Positions 17,600-26,553 of a DNA stretch of 64,000 nucleotides are shown here, in pieces. Below the pieces are notes generated by a model, which saw only the letters and a list, made by a program, of their open reading frames with translations, searched no databases and was not told the origin of the DNA. Source of the DNA: a virus (lineage: Duplodnaviria; Caudoviricetes); the IMG/VR virus record IMGVR_UViG_3300037247_001786, positions 192,001 to 256,000 of that record; one strand, written 5' to 3'. The position numbers and the translations under genes were made by a program. Position 1 is the first letter of the stretch; each line of letters opens with the position of its first letter.

Positions 17600-18241
17600 A
17601 TGCAAGACGGGAAAAAAGACGAGAAAACAACAAGTGACGATTCATTACTTCTAATAAGTGGAAGCAAAGGAAGCAAGAAAGAAGATAAAGAATATGCCAA
17701 GAAGATATCAGGAGCTATTATTTCATGTATCACTAAATATGATAATGCAAAATTAAGATGCGTAGGAGCTGCGTCTTTAAATAATGCAATAAAAGGTATC
17801 ATTATCGCTAAAAATGATATTTTAAAAAGAGGAGAGTATCTGTTAGTTAATCCTAGTTTTACAATGGTTAGATTCGGTGATGAAGAAAAAACTGGACTAA
17901 TACTCGAAGCAATAAGTATAAAAACTTTTGAAAAAGATGGAAATTTAAATAGAGATGAGGCTCTTTTAAAGGTGAGAGGCAATAGGGGGAGCAGAGAAGA
18001 GAATAAAGAGTATGTTAAAAAGTTATCCAATGCTGTGCTTTCCTGTTTTTCAAAACAGGGAATAGCGTTACTTCGCTTTGTAGGAGTTTCATCTGGCAAT
18101 AACGCTCTGAAAGCTGCTACAATAGCTGTAGGAAATGCACTGCTAGAAGGAAAAACTTTAATGATAGATCCTAGTTTTACGACAGTTAAATTCGGTGAAG
18201 AAGAAAAAACAGGAATGATATTAGAAATAATTTCTGTGTAA
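17600..18241 (+). CDS. spoVS: Tandem two-domain SpoVS (Alba-fold) protein
   Basis: Both halves match the SpoVS pattern (VGAASLNNAIKGIIIA...PSFTMVRFGDEEKTG and VGVSSGNNALKAATIA...PSFTTVKFGEEEKTG). Confidence 0.8.
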   Translation: MQDGKKDEKTTSDDSLLLISGSKGSKKEDKEYAKKISGAIISCITKYDNAKLRCVGAASLNNAIKGIIIAKNDILKRGEYLLVNPSFTMVRFGDEEKTGLILEAISIKTFEKDGNLNRDEALLKVRGNRGSREENKEYVKKLSNAVLSCFSKQGIALLRFVGVSSGNNALKAATIAVGNALLEGKTLMIDPSFTTVKFGEEEKTGMILEIISV

Positions 18242-18261
18242 TATTTTATAGGAGATGTATT

Positions 18262-18846
18262 ATGGATTTTGAAAGTAAAAAAGAATTAAGAGAAAGATGT
18301 AGTAGTAACGATGTTAAGCCTCTTGACGATATGTACGATCTTGAAGATGTAGCTTTTATAATAAAAGGATTATCTCATAAAATAGATATCCAAAAGGGAT
18401 ATAAGAAGAAAAAAAATGAAGCTATAAATAATGAGATGAATGTTTTGCAAAATAAAATAGATTATTATAAGAAAGTCATCTCTACCACATTAGAAAAGCA
18501 TAAAGAAAAAAATCTGAATTTTCCAGACGCCTGTAAATTAAGCTTGAGAAAAGCAAGAGCGAAGTGGATTATTGATGATGAAGAATCGTTTATAGAAACT
18601 TTAAAACAGATGAAAGAAATAGAAAATTGTGCTACTAAATTAGAGGGTTGGAAGATAGTTAAGAGGGAAGCTGATAAAGTTTTAAATGATTGGGAAAAAA
18701 GTGAAAATCTTCCTGAAAGCGTTCATAAAGAGCTAGGGGAAACAGGCGTTTCTATCTCTTTCGTAGAAGAGGAAGACGAGACAGAGGAAGAGGTCGATAT
18801 GACAGTTCCTATTAAAGAAGAGGATTATGACGAGTTGGAGTTTTAA
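18262..18846 (+). CDS. Mu Gam-like host-nuclease inhibitor (putative)
   Basis: Coiled-coil N-terminus, then KNLNFPDACKLSLRK...IIDDEESFIETLK. Confidence 0.5.
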   Translation: MDFESKKELRERCSSNDVKPLDDMYDLEDVAFIIKGLSHKIDIQKGYKKKKNEAINNEMNVLQNKIDYYKKVISTTLEKHKEKNLNFPDACKLSLRKARAKWIIDDEESFIETLKQMKEIENCATKLEGWKIVKREADKVLNDWEKSENLPESVHKELGETGVSISFVEEEDETEEEVDMTVPIKEEDYDELEF

Positions 18847-18850
18847 ATAA

Positions 18851-19600
18851 ATGGAAACTTTTGGATTTTATAAAAATATAAGAATCAGTTCTGATAAAGT
18901 TAAAAAATCTTGCCCTAAGATTCACAATCTTTATAGCGAGATTCCAGATACTGTGGGGTGCATGGACAATATTGAGAAAGAAGGAGGCTGTAAAGGTTGG
19001 TGCTGCCAATGTCAATCTCCTCAATTATTATATAGTGAGTTTCTTAATTTATGGGGCAGCGTTATGAGAGGATGGGAGGTCTCTGACATCTGCGACATTA
19101 TAGAAAAAAGTTTAAAAAATTATGTTTTAGGATCGACTACTAAAGGATGTATATTTTTTAACGACGAAACAAAGATGTGTAAAGTTCATAAAAAAAGACC
19201 TTATAATTGTCGCATATATGGAATAACTCCTGATGAAGAATTTGCTCCACGATTAAAAAGAATGAAAGAGGTTTATAAAGATATTGTCGGTGCTGTAATT
19301 AAAGATCAATGTCATTTAATAAAAACTTCTGATGATGTGGAAGTTAGTCAAGAAAATACGAATGAATGGTGGGATAAATTAGTAGAAATAGAAAAGAGCA
19401 TAGGTATTGATAGAGGGAATATCAATGACGATATGGGAGGGAGTTATAGAACTCCTCACGATCATGTCCTTTTGTATGTGATGCCAAGTGAAATAATGCA
19501 AAAACTTCAAGAAATCAGATTTATAGACAATCACACTGAAAAGATGGAAGTTATTGATAAATACATGAAAGCTGTTAGAGGGACACTTCATAATGACTGA
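18851..19600 (+). CDS. YkgJ-family cysteine-cluster (Zn/Fe-S) protein
   Basis: GCKGWCC and CIFF..ETKMCKVHKKRPYNCRIYG. Confidence 0.8.
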   Translation: METFGFYKNIRISSDKVKKSCPKIHNLYSEIPDTVGCMDNIEKEGGCKGWCCQCQSPQLLYSEFLNLWGSVMRGWEVSDICDIIEKSLKNYVLGSTTKGCIFFNDETKMCKVHKKRPYNCRIYGITPDEEFAPRLKRMKEVYKDIVGAVIKDQCHLIKTSDDVEVSQENTNEWWDKLVEIEKSIGIDRGNINDDMGGSYRTPHDHVLLYVMPSEIMQKLQEIRFIDNHTEKMEVIDKYMKAVRGTLHND

Positions 19601-19979
19601 AGAAAAAATTAAAATAATAGAAGCTACTTATGATTTAAAAAAAGATTTAGCAAAAATAAAAGTTGAAAAAATAGACGGAGGCAAAGAGATTACTTGGGCT
19701 TTGACCGGAGATAGTTTTGATTCTCTCGTAGGGCAGATAACAGGGATTGCTTTGAGTTATTATCCGCCACAAAGAAATTTACTTTGTACAAAGATTGTTG
19801 GGCTTGAAATTTTAAATCAAATTGAAGTAGATATAGAGAATGCTGACGTTGAAAATGTTAAAGAGAGAAGTGAGACAGATTTTAAACATGGTCTCGATGT
19901 TGTTGATATGTATCCTTTTTATGAGCTTCAAGAAGAGGTAATTGAAAATATACCAGAGCCACAGGAAACTGATGAATGA
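19593..19979 (+). CDS. Hypothetical protein
   Basis: 128 aa; overlapping starts and stops. Confidence 0.65.
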   Translation: MTEEKIKIIEATYDLKKDLAKIKVEKIDGGKEITWALTGDSFDSLVGQITGIALSYYPPQRNLLCTKIVGLEILNQIEVDIENADVENVKERSETDFKHGLDVVDMYPFYELQEEVIENIPEPQETDE

Positions 19980-20233
19980 AAGCAATAGTTAGACTTTTTA
20001 TTGGTCATGCTTGTCCTATCTGCGACCTTGCTATGCTTAAGCTAGAAGCAGAATTAGATAGTTTCGAATATGAATATATCGACGCTTTCGCAGGAGATAC
20101 TCAAGATTTCTGCGATGAACAAAATATTGACGAATTACCACATTTGCAATATATAGATACAGAAGAAAAAGTTATTGAAGAATATATAGGCAAAGATGTT
20201 TTAACACATTTAAGAGATGTCTGCGATAAATAA
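19976..20233 (+). CDS. Thioredoxin/glutaredoxin-like protein
   Basis: CPIC motif near the N-terminus, LPHL (cis-Pro region), 85 aa. Confidence 0.7.
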   Translation: MKAIVRLFIGHACPICDLAMLKLEAELDSFEYEYIDAFAGDTQDFCDEQNIDELPHLQYIDTEEKVIEEYIGKDVLTHLRDVCDK

Positions 20234-20254
20234 TAATTATAATGAGGTAGAAAA

Positions 20255-22174
20255 ATGAAGATGAAGTTAAACGAACACCAAGAAAAAGCTGCTGACCACT
20301 TTGATGGACCATGTCTCGTAACGAGTTGTCCTGGATCAGGAAAAACATTTACACTGGTCGAGAGAATCGTAAGACTTATTGATAAGGGGGTTCGTCCTCA
20401 AAATATTTTGTGCATCACCTTTACTAATAAGGCTGCGGCAGAGATGAAGGAACGTATTTGTAAAAGGTTAGGAGTTAAAACTCCTGGTTTCTTTATTGGA
20501 ACGTTCCACTCCCTTTGTGCTAACGTCTTACGAAAGATGGGTCATCTTGGAGGATATCCTTCTGATTTTACTATTATAGATGATAAAGAGCAGTTCAACG
20601 TTGTAATGCAGATAGCCAGAAAAATGGGAAGAGAAGTAGATAAGCCAGAAGTATATAATATATTAAAATTCCTTAATCATTATAGAGACCAGCAAGGCGA
20701 TTTTTCCTATGTCGAAGATAGACTGGTTCATGATTATCAAATAGATATAGCTAGGAGATATCTTGAAAAATGTAAAGAATCTCATCTAGTAGATTTTAGT
20801 GCATTGATATATGATGCTATACAACTGATAGAAGATTGTGATGAGATTAGAGATAAATTGCAAAATGGTTTTAAGTATATATTGGTTGATGAAACTCAAG
20901 ATACTAATAACTCTCAATATCATTTGGTAAATCTTTTAGGAGCAAAATGGAATAATATTATGTTAATTGGCGACTTAGATCAGTCTATCTATTTATTCCG
21001 AGGAGCAAGATATAAAAATTTACAAAATTTTATCAAAAAACATGATAACTGCACTGTCATCCCTCTGTCCAAAAATTATCGTTCTACACCTGAGATAATA
21101 GGAGCAGCGGATAAGCTCATTAAACATAATAGTAGCCATATGGGAGGAAAGTTCGAAACAGACAATCCAAGCGGAGAGCCTGTCAGATGCTTCCAGAAGA
21201 GCAATCAAATATCTGAGGCTAATTGGGTAGGAGATCAAATTAGAAGGCTTAAAGAGGAAGGTGGATGGGATGGTGACGATATAGCTGTCTTGTATCGTAT
21301 GAATAAGATGTCTGAGCCGATAGAACAAAGTTTAGCGGCAAGAGGTATCCCATATGAGGTTATTGGAAATTTTAGTTTCTACGATAGAAAGGAAGTTAAA
21401 GATGTTATAGCAATGATTAAATTTTTAATTAATAAAAGAGATGGAATTGCTTTTCATAGAATATGTTCAATACTTCCAGGAATGGGAGATGTTACAGTTG
21501 GTAAAATAGAGAATAGGGCTGAAGAACAAGGAATTACCATACTGCAAGCAGCTAACGATATATTAGAAGGATGCAGATCGGTTAAGGTAAAAAATGCTTG
21601 TCGCAAAATAGTAGAAGTGTATGGCTCAGAATATGATCACTCTAAGCCAGCCCAATCTATTATGTCGCTTGTCGAACAATTTAATTATTCAGATTATCTA
21701 GAAAAATATTATCCTAAAAATGCTATTGAACGTAAAGATAATGTTTCGCAGATTGTAGAGTCGGCGAGTAGTTATAATGATTTTTCTGATGGCATAGAGA
21801 AATATTTACAACAGATATCTCTTGTATCGCATAGCGACAAAGAAGTGGAAGGGAAGAAAGTTTCCCTTATGTCTCTCCATGCCGCAAAGGGTTTAGAGTA
21901 CCCTGTTATTTTTATGATTGGGGTAGAAGAGAGTATATTGCCTCATGGTAGAGCTATTAGCGAAAATCCAGAAGAGGGACTCGAAGAAGAACGTAGGTTG
22001 GCATATGTTGGAATGACAAGAGCGAAGAAAGTTCTTTATATAACGTATTGTTCTAGTCGTTTCGGTTTCGGTAAGTTTGGAAATAAGAACCAGAGAAAAG
22101 TAATTCCAAGTAGATTTTTAACAGAGGCAGGGCTTATAGATGAGCAAAGAGATAGAACGAAAATTTATTATTAA
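20255..22174 (+). CDS. uvrD: UvrD/PcrA-family SF1 helicase
   Basis: PGSGKT, TFTNKAA, GTFHS, LVDETQD, GDLDQSIY, KNYRST, AVLYR, SLHAAKGLEY, EERRLAYVGMTRA. Confidence 0.95.
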   Translation: MKMKLNEHQEKAADHFDGPCLVTSCPGSGKTFTLVERIVRLIDKGVRPQNILCITFTNKAAAEMKERICKRLGVKTPGFFIGTFHSLCANVLRKMGHLGGYPSDFTIIDDKEQFNVVMQIARKMGREVDKPEVYNILKFLNHYRDQQGDFSYVEDRLVHDYQIDIARRYLEKCKESHLVDFSALIYDAIQLIEDCDEIRDKLQNGFKYILVDETQDTNNSQYHLVNLLGAKWNNIMLIGDLDQSIYLFRGARYKNLQNFIKKHDNCTVIPLSKNYRSTPEIIGAADKLIKHNSSHMGGKFETDNPSGEPVRCFQKSNQISEANWVGDQIRRLKEEGGWDGDDIAVLYRMNKMSEPIEQSLAARGIPYEVIGNFSFYDRKEVKDVIAMIKFLINKRDGIAFHRICSILPGMGDVTVGKIENRAEEQGITILQAANDILEGCRSVKVKNACRKIVEVYGSEYDHSKPAQSIMSLVEQFNYSDYLEKYYPKNAIERKDNVSQIVESASSYNDFSDGIEKYLQQISLVSHSDKEVEGKKVSLMSLHAAKGLEYPVIFMIGVEESILPHGRAISENPEEGLEEERRLAYVGMTRAKKVLYITYCSSRFGFGKFGNKNQRKVIPSRFLTEAGLIDEQRDRTKIYY

Positions 22175-23012
22175 AGATTATCCTTCGATAGATAAACACA
22201 GAGATAGTATTTACTATTCAGAGGTGAATATAACGCAAGGGTATTTTAAAAATGGGCAAGTCAGAATCAGGCTGACCAGTCGAGGTCTGTATGAAGAAGA
22301 TCCTCAAGCTTTTTTAACTATAAAAAGTAAAAGAGAAGGCATCTCAAGATACGAATTCGAATATGAGATAACAGTAGAAGATGCTCAACAAATGATAGAT
22401 TTGTTTTGCGATCATATTATTGAGAAGACCAGATACAATGTAAAGGAAAATGAAAAGAAGTGGGAAATCGATGTTTTTAAAGGGGACAATGATGGATTAG
22501 TTTTAGCCGAGATAGAATTAGAATCAGAAGATGAAGAAATGACTCTCCCTTATTTCGTCGGCAAAGAAGTTACAGACGATGAAAGATACTATAACTCTTA
22601 TCTTTCCAAAACCCCCTATAAGGAATGGAAAAGATTGTGGACATCTCATTTTAATTCAACTGAATTTGATTATAGCAAAGCCGTCTCTATATGCGGTAAG
22701 CCTCCTGCCTATTATGGAGGAAGAGAATATAAAAAATTAGCACCTAAATATTGGTTCTTTAAAAAATATAAAGAAGATGGAGACAAAGATTTTTATAGAG
22801 AACAATACTATAAAGAAGTTTTAGATAAGTTAGATCCAGAGGAAGTTTATAAAGATTTAGGCAAAGATGCAGTTCTCCTCTGTTGGGAGAACCCAGACGA
22901 GTTTTGCCATAGACATATGGTGGCAGATTGGTTCAATGATAAAATAATACAATATCAAGGTAACGGTTTTGAAGTAGAAGTTAATGAAGTAGGAGAAGAA
23001 AATGAAATGTAA
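22140..23012 (+). CDS. CYTH-domain protein fused to a DUF488-like domain
   Basis: EIERKF...EKTRY...WEIDVF...LAEIEL...YYNSYL, then in frame KLAP...LLCWE...FCHRH. Confidence 0.8.
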   Translation: MSKEIERKFIIKDYPSIDKHRDSIYYSEVNITQGYFKNGQVRIRLTSRGLYEEDPQAFLTIKSKREGISRYEFEYEITVEDAQQMIDLFCDHIIEKTRYNVKENEKKWEIDVFKGDNDGLVLAEIELESEDEEMTLPYFVGKEVTDDERYYNSYLSKTPYKEWKRLWTSHFNSTEFDYSKAVSICGKPPAYYGGREYKKLAPKYWFFKKYKEDGDKDFYREQYYKEVLDKLDPEEVYKDLGKDAVLLCWENPDEFCHRHMVADWFNDKIIQYQGNGFEVEVNEVGEENEM

Positions 23013-23196
23013 TATTTGTAAAGGCAAGAAATGGTTAAAATATCATACTTTTAAGGAGAAAATAAAGTGTCCTTATTGTGATGCTACTGGGATAAGAGGT
23101 TCTGATTATAGTTCTTCATTAGATATACAAGTGGATGTATATAATCAATATCCAGATGGTGACATTTTTTATAAAAATAAAACAGGAGAAGAGTAA
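23002..23196 (+). CDS. Small Zn-finger protein (DnaJ-type CxxCxG)
   Basis: CNICKG...CPYCDATG. Confidence 0.55.
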   Translation: MKCNICKGKKWLKYHTFKEKIKCPYCDATGIRGSDYSSSLDIQVDVYNQYPDGDIFYKNKTGEE

Positions 23197-23197
23197 A

Positions 23198-23455
23198 ATG
23201 AATAGAAAAGAATTAGAGCAAGAGATAATCAAGATAGTGGCATATCAGATATCCTATGATGTAAATGAGATTACGACAAGTGAAAATTTTATCAATGATT
23301 TAGGTTTTGATAGTCTTGATGGTGTAGAGTTGATTATGGGAATAGAAGATAAATTTGATTTAAGTGTTGAAGATGAGGATTTCTACAGATTGACCACTGT
23401 TGACCTTGTAGCTGATTATGTCGAGAAAAATGATTCTAATATTAGCATAAGGTAA
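23198..23455 (+). CDS. acpP: Acyl carrier protein
   Basis: DLGFDSLDGVELIMGIEDKF phosphopantetheine-Ser motif; likely start MNRKEL at 23198 after GGAG. Confidence 0.9.
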   Translation: MNRKELEQEIIKIVAYQISYDVNEITTSENFINDLGFDSLDGVELIMGIEDKFDLSVEDEDFYRLTTVDLVADYVEKNDSNISIR

Positions 23456-23458
23456 TCT

Positions 23459-23956
23459 ATGGCAACTGTCCGTAATATTTTTGAGTTATCTCCAGAAGAT
23501 TTTTTTCAGTTAGTCCAGACGGGAGCTTGCTGTAGGGATTTTTCAATTTTATTACACAATGGTGATTGGAAGGATGTTTCCCTTAGAGAGACATCTCTTT
23601 CTATTGATCCTGCTGCTATGAAATCTTCAATATTATTGTGCGGGATTGTCAAGACTGATATAAATTCTATTATGTCTTTTACAGGTCCAACTTTTATTAG
23701 CCTTTTAGGAAAAGAGATCCCGTGCGAAGTTATTAGTTGGCAAACTAATATGTCGCATATTTCTCGCCATGATGGAAGGGAAGAAGTTGTATCGGTTGAT
23801 TCGGATATAGGTATTTATTTATCGTATAGTGGGTATCATTTTAGGCATAGAAGTTGGTGCGATATAGAAGAGGGCGATTCTAAACCCACGATTAAAGAGA
23901 TGGAGAAAAAGATAGAAAAGAAAAAAACATTTTTCGATTGGATAGATATGGATTAA
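23459..23956 (+). CDS. Hypothetical protein with the FDxID C-terminal motif
   Basis: Ends KKKTFFDWIDMD. Confidence 0.65.
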   Translation: MATVRNIFELSPEDFFQLVQTGACCRDFSILLHNGDWKDVSLRETSLSIDPAAMKSSILLCGIVKTDINSIMSFTGPTFISLLGKEIPCEVISWQTNMSHISRHDGREEVVSVDSDIGIYLSYSGYHFRHRSWCDIEEGDSKPTIKEMEKKIEKKKTFFDWIDMD

Positions 23957-23957
23957 T

Positions 23958-24218
23958 TTGGAGAAAGAAATGAACAAAATTTTTACTTGCCCAATGTTGG
24001 TAGGATGTCATGTCCCTCTATACAAAACTCGTGATAGTTTTTTTGTAGGGGCTAAAAATATAGATGAAGCCAGAACATATGTAGTGGAACATATAGAAAA
24101 TAGATGTAAAGAGTCTGGTCTCAAAATGGTAGAATATTTCGGAGCTATTAAGTTAGAAGGATATATGTGTAATGATGTATATTACATAAAAGAGATAACT
24201 GAAAGAAATTTTAATTAA
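23958..24218 (+). CDS. Hypothetical protein
   Basis: 86 aa. Confidence 0.55.
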   Translation: MEKEMNKIFTCPMLVGCHVPLYKTRDSFFVGAKNIDEARTYVVEHIENRCKESGLKMVEYFGAIKLEGYMCNDVYYIKEITERNFN

Positions 24219-24300
24219 AGAAAAAAGAAGGAATATTTCGATAATAATTTAATAAGTTAATTAGTAAATAATTAAATAATAGAAAAGGAGAAATATTCTA

Positions 24301-24636
24301 ATGGGAAAAAAGAAGAAAAAAACGGTACCAGTAAAAATTAACACAAAACCAAAGCCTAGAGATACAAATGACATTCTTTGCGATACTAGGGCTGATATAG
24401 AGCCTATATTGGATTTAAATGTCCAAGGTCAAACTATAGAAGGTCTTTTGAATTTAAAGCAGACATATGACACCAGAGATAACATAACTGTATCTTTTAG
24501 GGTTCCTAAGAACGTTCTCGATTGGGCAAAAACAACAGCCATGAAAGAAAGTTTAGCTCATGATGAAGAGATTCATTACCAAAAACTTATTTTAAGTTGC
24601 TTCCTAGACAGATATCCTCTTGTCGAAAAGGAGTAG
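24301..24636 (+). CDS. Hypothetical protein, possible ribbon-helix-helix regulator
   Basis: ITVSFRVPKNVLDWAK beta-alpha pattern; AAGGAG RBS. Confidence 0.45.
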   Translation: MGKKKKKTVPVKINTKPKPRDTNDILCDTRADIEPILDLNVQGQTIEGLLNLKQTYDTRDNITVSFRVPKNVLDWAKTTAMKESLAHDEEIHYQKLILSCFLDRYPLVEKE

Positions 24637-24640
24637 AGAT

Positions 24641-25060
24641 ATGCCTTTTTATATTATTCAAGAAGATGGTAAAGGTTATATTAAAATCGGCAAGGGCTAT
24701 GCTTATGATAGAATGAGGGAGTTTAGCACGGGGAATCCTCATAATATGGAACTTTTAAAACAGCTTCCAGGTGGATACAGAGAAGAGCATATATTACATA
24801 AGGTATTTTATAGAGAAAGATTAGACCCCAGTCATGAATGGTTTTTTCCTAGTGAAGAACTATTAAAAGCTGCGTCCCTTGAAGATAAAGAATTAGTTAA
24901 TCTCATAAATAACGCAGAAAAGATTATCGCAAGTCATCCCTATGATTGGGATAGAATGTGTGTGAAGTTTGATGGAGAATCAGATGAAGATGTTGAAAGA
25001 AGACAAGAAAAATATGCTGCATATAGAGCTGCCCCATATCTTTGGAAATATGGAGAGTAA
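24641..25060 (+). CDS. GIY-YIG/T5orf172-like nuclease
   Basis: FYIIQ...YIKIG...RMREFSTGNP...EHILHKVF...EWF. Confidence 0.75.
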   Translation: MPFYIIQEDGKGYIKIGKGYAYDRMREFSTGNPHNMELLKQLPGGYREEHILHKVFYRERLDPSHEWFFPSEELLKAASLEDKELVNLINNAEKIIASHPYDWDRMCVKFDGESDEDVERRQEKYAAYRAAPYLWKYGE

Positions 25061-25064
25061 ATAA

Positions 25065-25295
25065 ATGGCTACTTTCTTTAATCGCCCGCATATTAAAATA
25101 GGTGAAAATAAATTTTATGGAGAGATTAAGTTCCAAGAGGGGGTTTTTAATGAGTCAAACGATGCCAACTCTTATAGATATGACAATACGTCCTCTATAA
25201 ATTATAAGAAGAAGGGCAAAAAGAAAAAAGTAGAAAAAAAAGTTAATAAAAAGAAACAAAATATATTCGATATCATTGATTTAGAGGACTCGTAA
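25065..25295 (+). CDS. Small basic protein with the FDxID C-terminal motif
   Basis: Ends KKKQNIFDIIDLEDS. Confidence 0.65.
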   Translation: MATFFNRPHIKIGENKFYGEIKFQEGVFNESNDANSYRYDNTSSINYKKKGKKKKVEKKVNKKKQNIFDIIDLEDS

Positions 25296-25598
25296 ATGAA
25301 AACGCCATCACAAAGAAGACGAGATGGAGCTGCGAATAGGATTAAGTTTAAAACGCAGTTCGATGTGGATATGGCAAATGGTGTCCCTTCATATGAATAT
25401 GGGCGAGATTCTGGTATCAATTATAATGGCGGAACAAGAAGGAAATCTGGAAAAACTAACATTGTGTCGAAAAGAGAATTAGAAAAAGAAGCTAAAAAAG
25501 TAGAAAAAGCAAGAAAGATAAGAGAGGCTAAAGAATTAGCCTTAAAAAAAGAATTAGAAAATAGAACTATATTCGATATCATTGATATCGATGATTAA
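25296..25598 (+). CDS. Small basic protein with the FDxID C-terminal motif
   Basis: Ends ENRTIFDIIDIDD. Confidence 0.65.
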   Translation: MKTPSQRRRDGAANRIKFKTQFDVDMANGVPSYEYGRDSGINYNGGTRRKSGKTNIVSKRELEKEAKKVEKARKIREAKELALKKELENRTIFDIIDIDD

Positions 25599-26487
25599 AA
25601 AGGAGAATATTATGAAACAAGAAGTTAGAGATATAAGTATCCCAATAAATGTTGATACAAGTAGGCAGTCTTTTAAACAAACAAAAGAAAAAAATGAAAA
25701 TGGATCGCAGATTTCTCATATACAAAAGCCAGTAACGACACTAGTAACTGCTGATGGTAAAGTTAAAAGAGATATAAATGTAGAGCAGTATCTTAAGGGT
25801 TTAGGATCCGTCAAGAAAGCCCCAAAAACAAATGTAAAAAAATCTTTGCAGCATTTAGCTAAGATGGTAAAAGGATGTTATTTAAGCAGAATGGCAGGCG
25901 ATGTAGAATTCTCAATATTTTGCGAAGATGCTATCTCTAATCTTATACAAAAGAAAGCGGAGGAGTTAAGCATCTCGGATAGTTCTCTTGATCCTAATTC
26001 TGTTTATGTGAAAAAAGCAGACAGACCTCTCGGGGGAAAAATAGGAGGCAAGCAGTCTATAAGATCAGACGAGAGGGTTCTCGATTGTATGGAGATAGAA
26101 GATAGCAAGGGTATTTCTAGAGAAGATAAAAAAGATTTGATAGAAAAAATATTTACTCATCCCCAACATGTAAAAAAACTTGATTCAGATCATATTTATA
26201 GATATTTTTCAGAAAAGATGTCGAAGTCAGGTTCTGAAGAGTTCAAAGATATAGCTAAGCATATGGATTTCACTAACTATAATATTGAAAGAATAAAAGC
26301 ATTATTGGAAGAAGAGAAAGGAGCTATAGCTCTTGATACACAGAAAATTTTAGATGCTAAAAAAGAGAAACGTCAAAAAGAGAAGAAAAAAGAAAAAGTT
26401 TCTATAGCTAAAAAATCAGTTAAGAAAGTAACTAAAAAGAAGAAAGTGGTAAAAAAGAAAGCTAAGAGAAGAACTCCTAAAAAATAA
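25582..26487 (+). CDS. Hypothetical protein with Lys-rich histone-like tail (likely start about 25612)
   Basis: Ends KKSVKKVTKKKKVVKKKAKRRTPKK; AAGGAG before MKQEV. Confidence 0.65.
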   Translation: MISMIKKENIMKQEVRDISIPINVDTSRQSFKQTKEKNENGSQISHIQKPVTTLVTADGKVKRDINVEQYLKGLGSVKKAPKTNVKKSLQHLAKMVKGCYLSRMAGDVEFSIFCEDAISNLIQKKAEELSISDSSLDPNSVYVKKADRPLGGKIGGKQSIRSDERVLDCMEIEDSKGISREDKKDLIEKIFTHPQHVKKLDSDHIYRYFSEKMSKSGSEEFKDIAKHMDFTNYNIERIKALLEEEKGAIALDTQKILDAKKEKRQKEKKKEKVSIAKKSVKKVTKKKKVVKKKAKRRTPKK

Positions 26488-26496
26488 TAAGTTGAA

Positions 26497-26519
26497 AGTG
26501 ATTCTAATTGTGGTATAAT
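26497..26519 (+). promoter_or_regulatory. Putative promoter, (TTGAA)AGTGA-N12-TATAAT
   Basis: gttgaaagtgattctaattgtggtataat, intergenic. Confidence 0.7.
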
Positions 26520-26553
26520 GAAGTAAAATTATGTTTTAGATGAAGGAAATACT

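Noticed and set aside
17587-18099. Long minus-strand ORFs in the track (e.g. 17587-18099, 905-1321, 55551-55919, 21020-21328)
   Set aside because: Antisense shadows of well-supported + strand genes, with biased F/L/I/S composition and no RBS or motifs.
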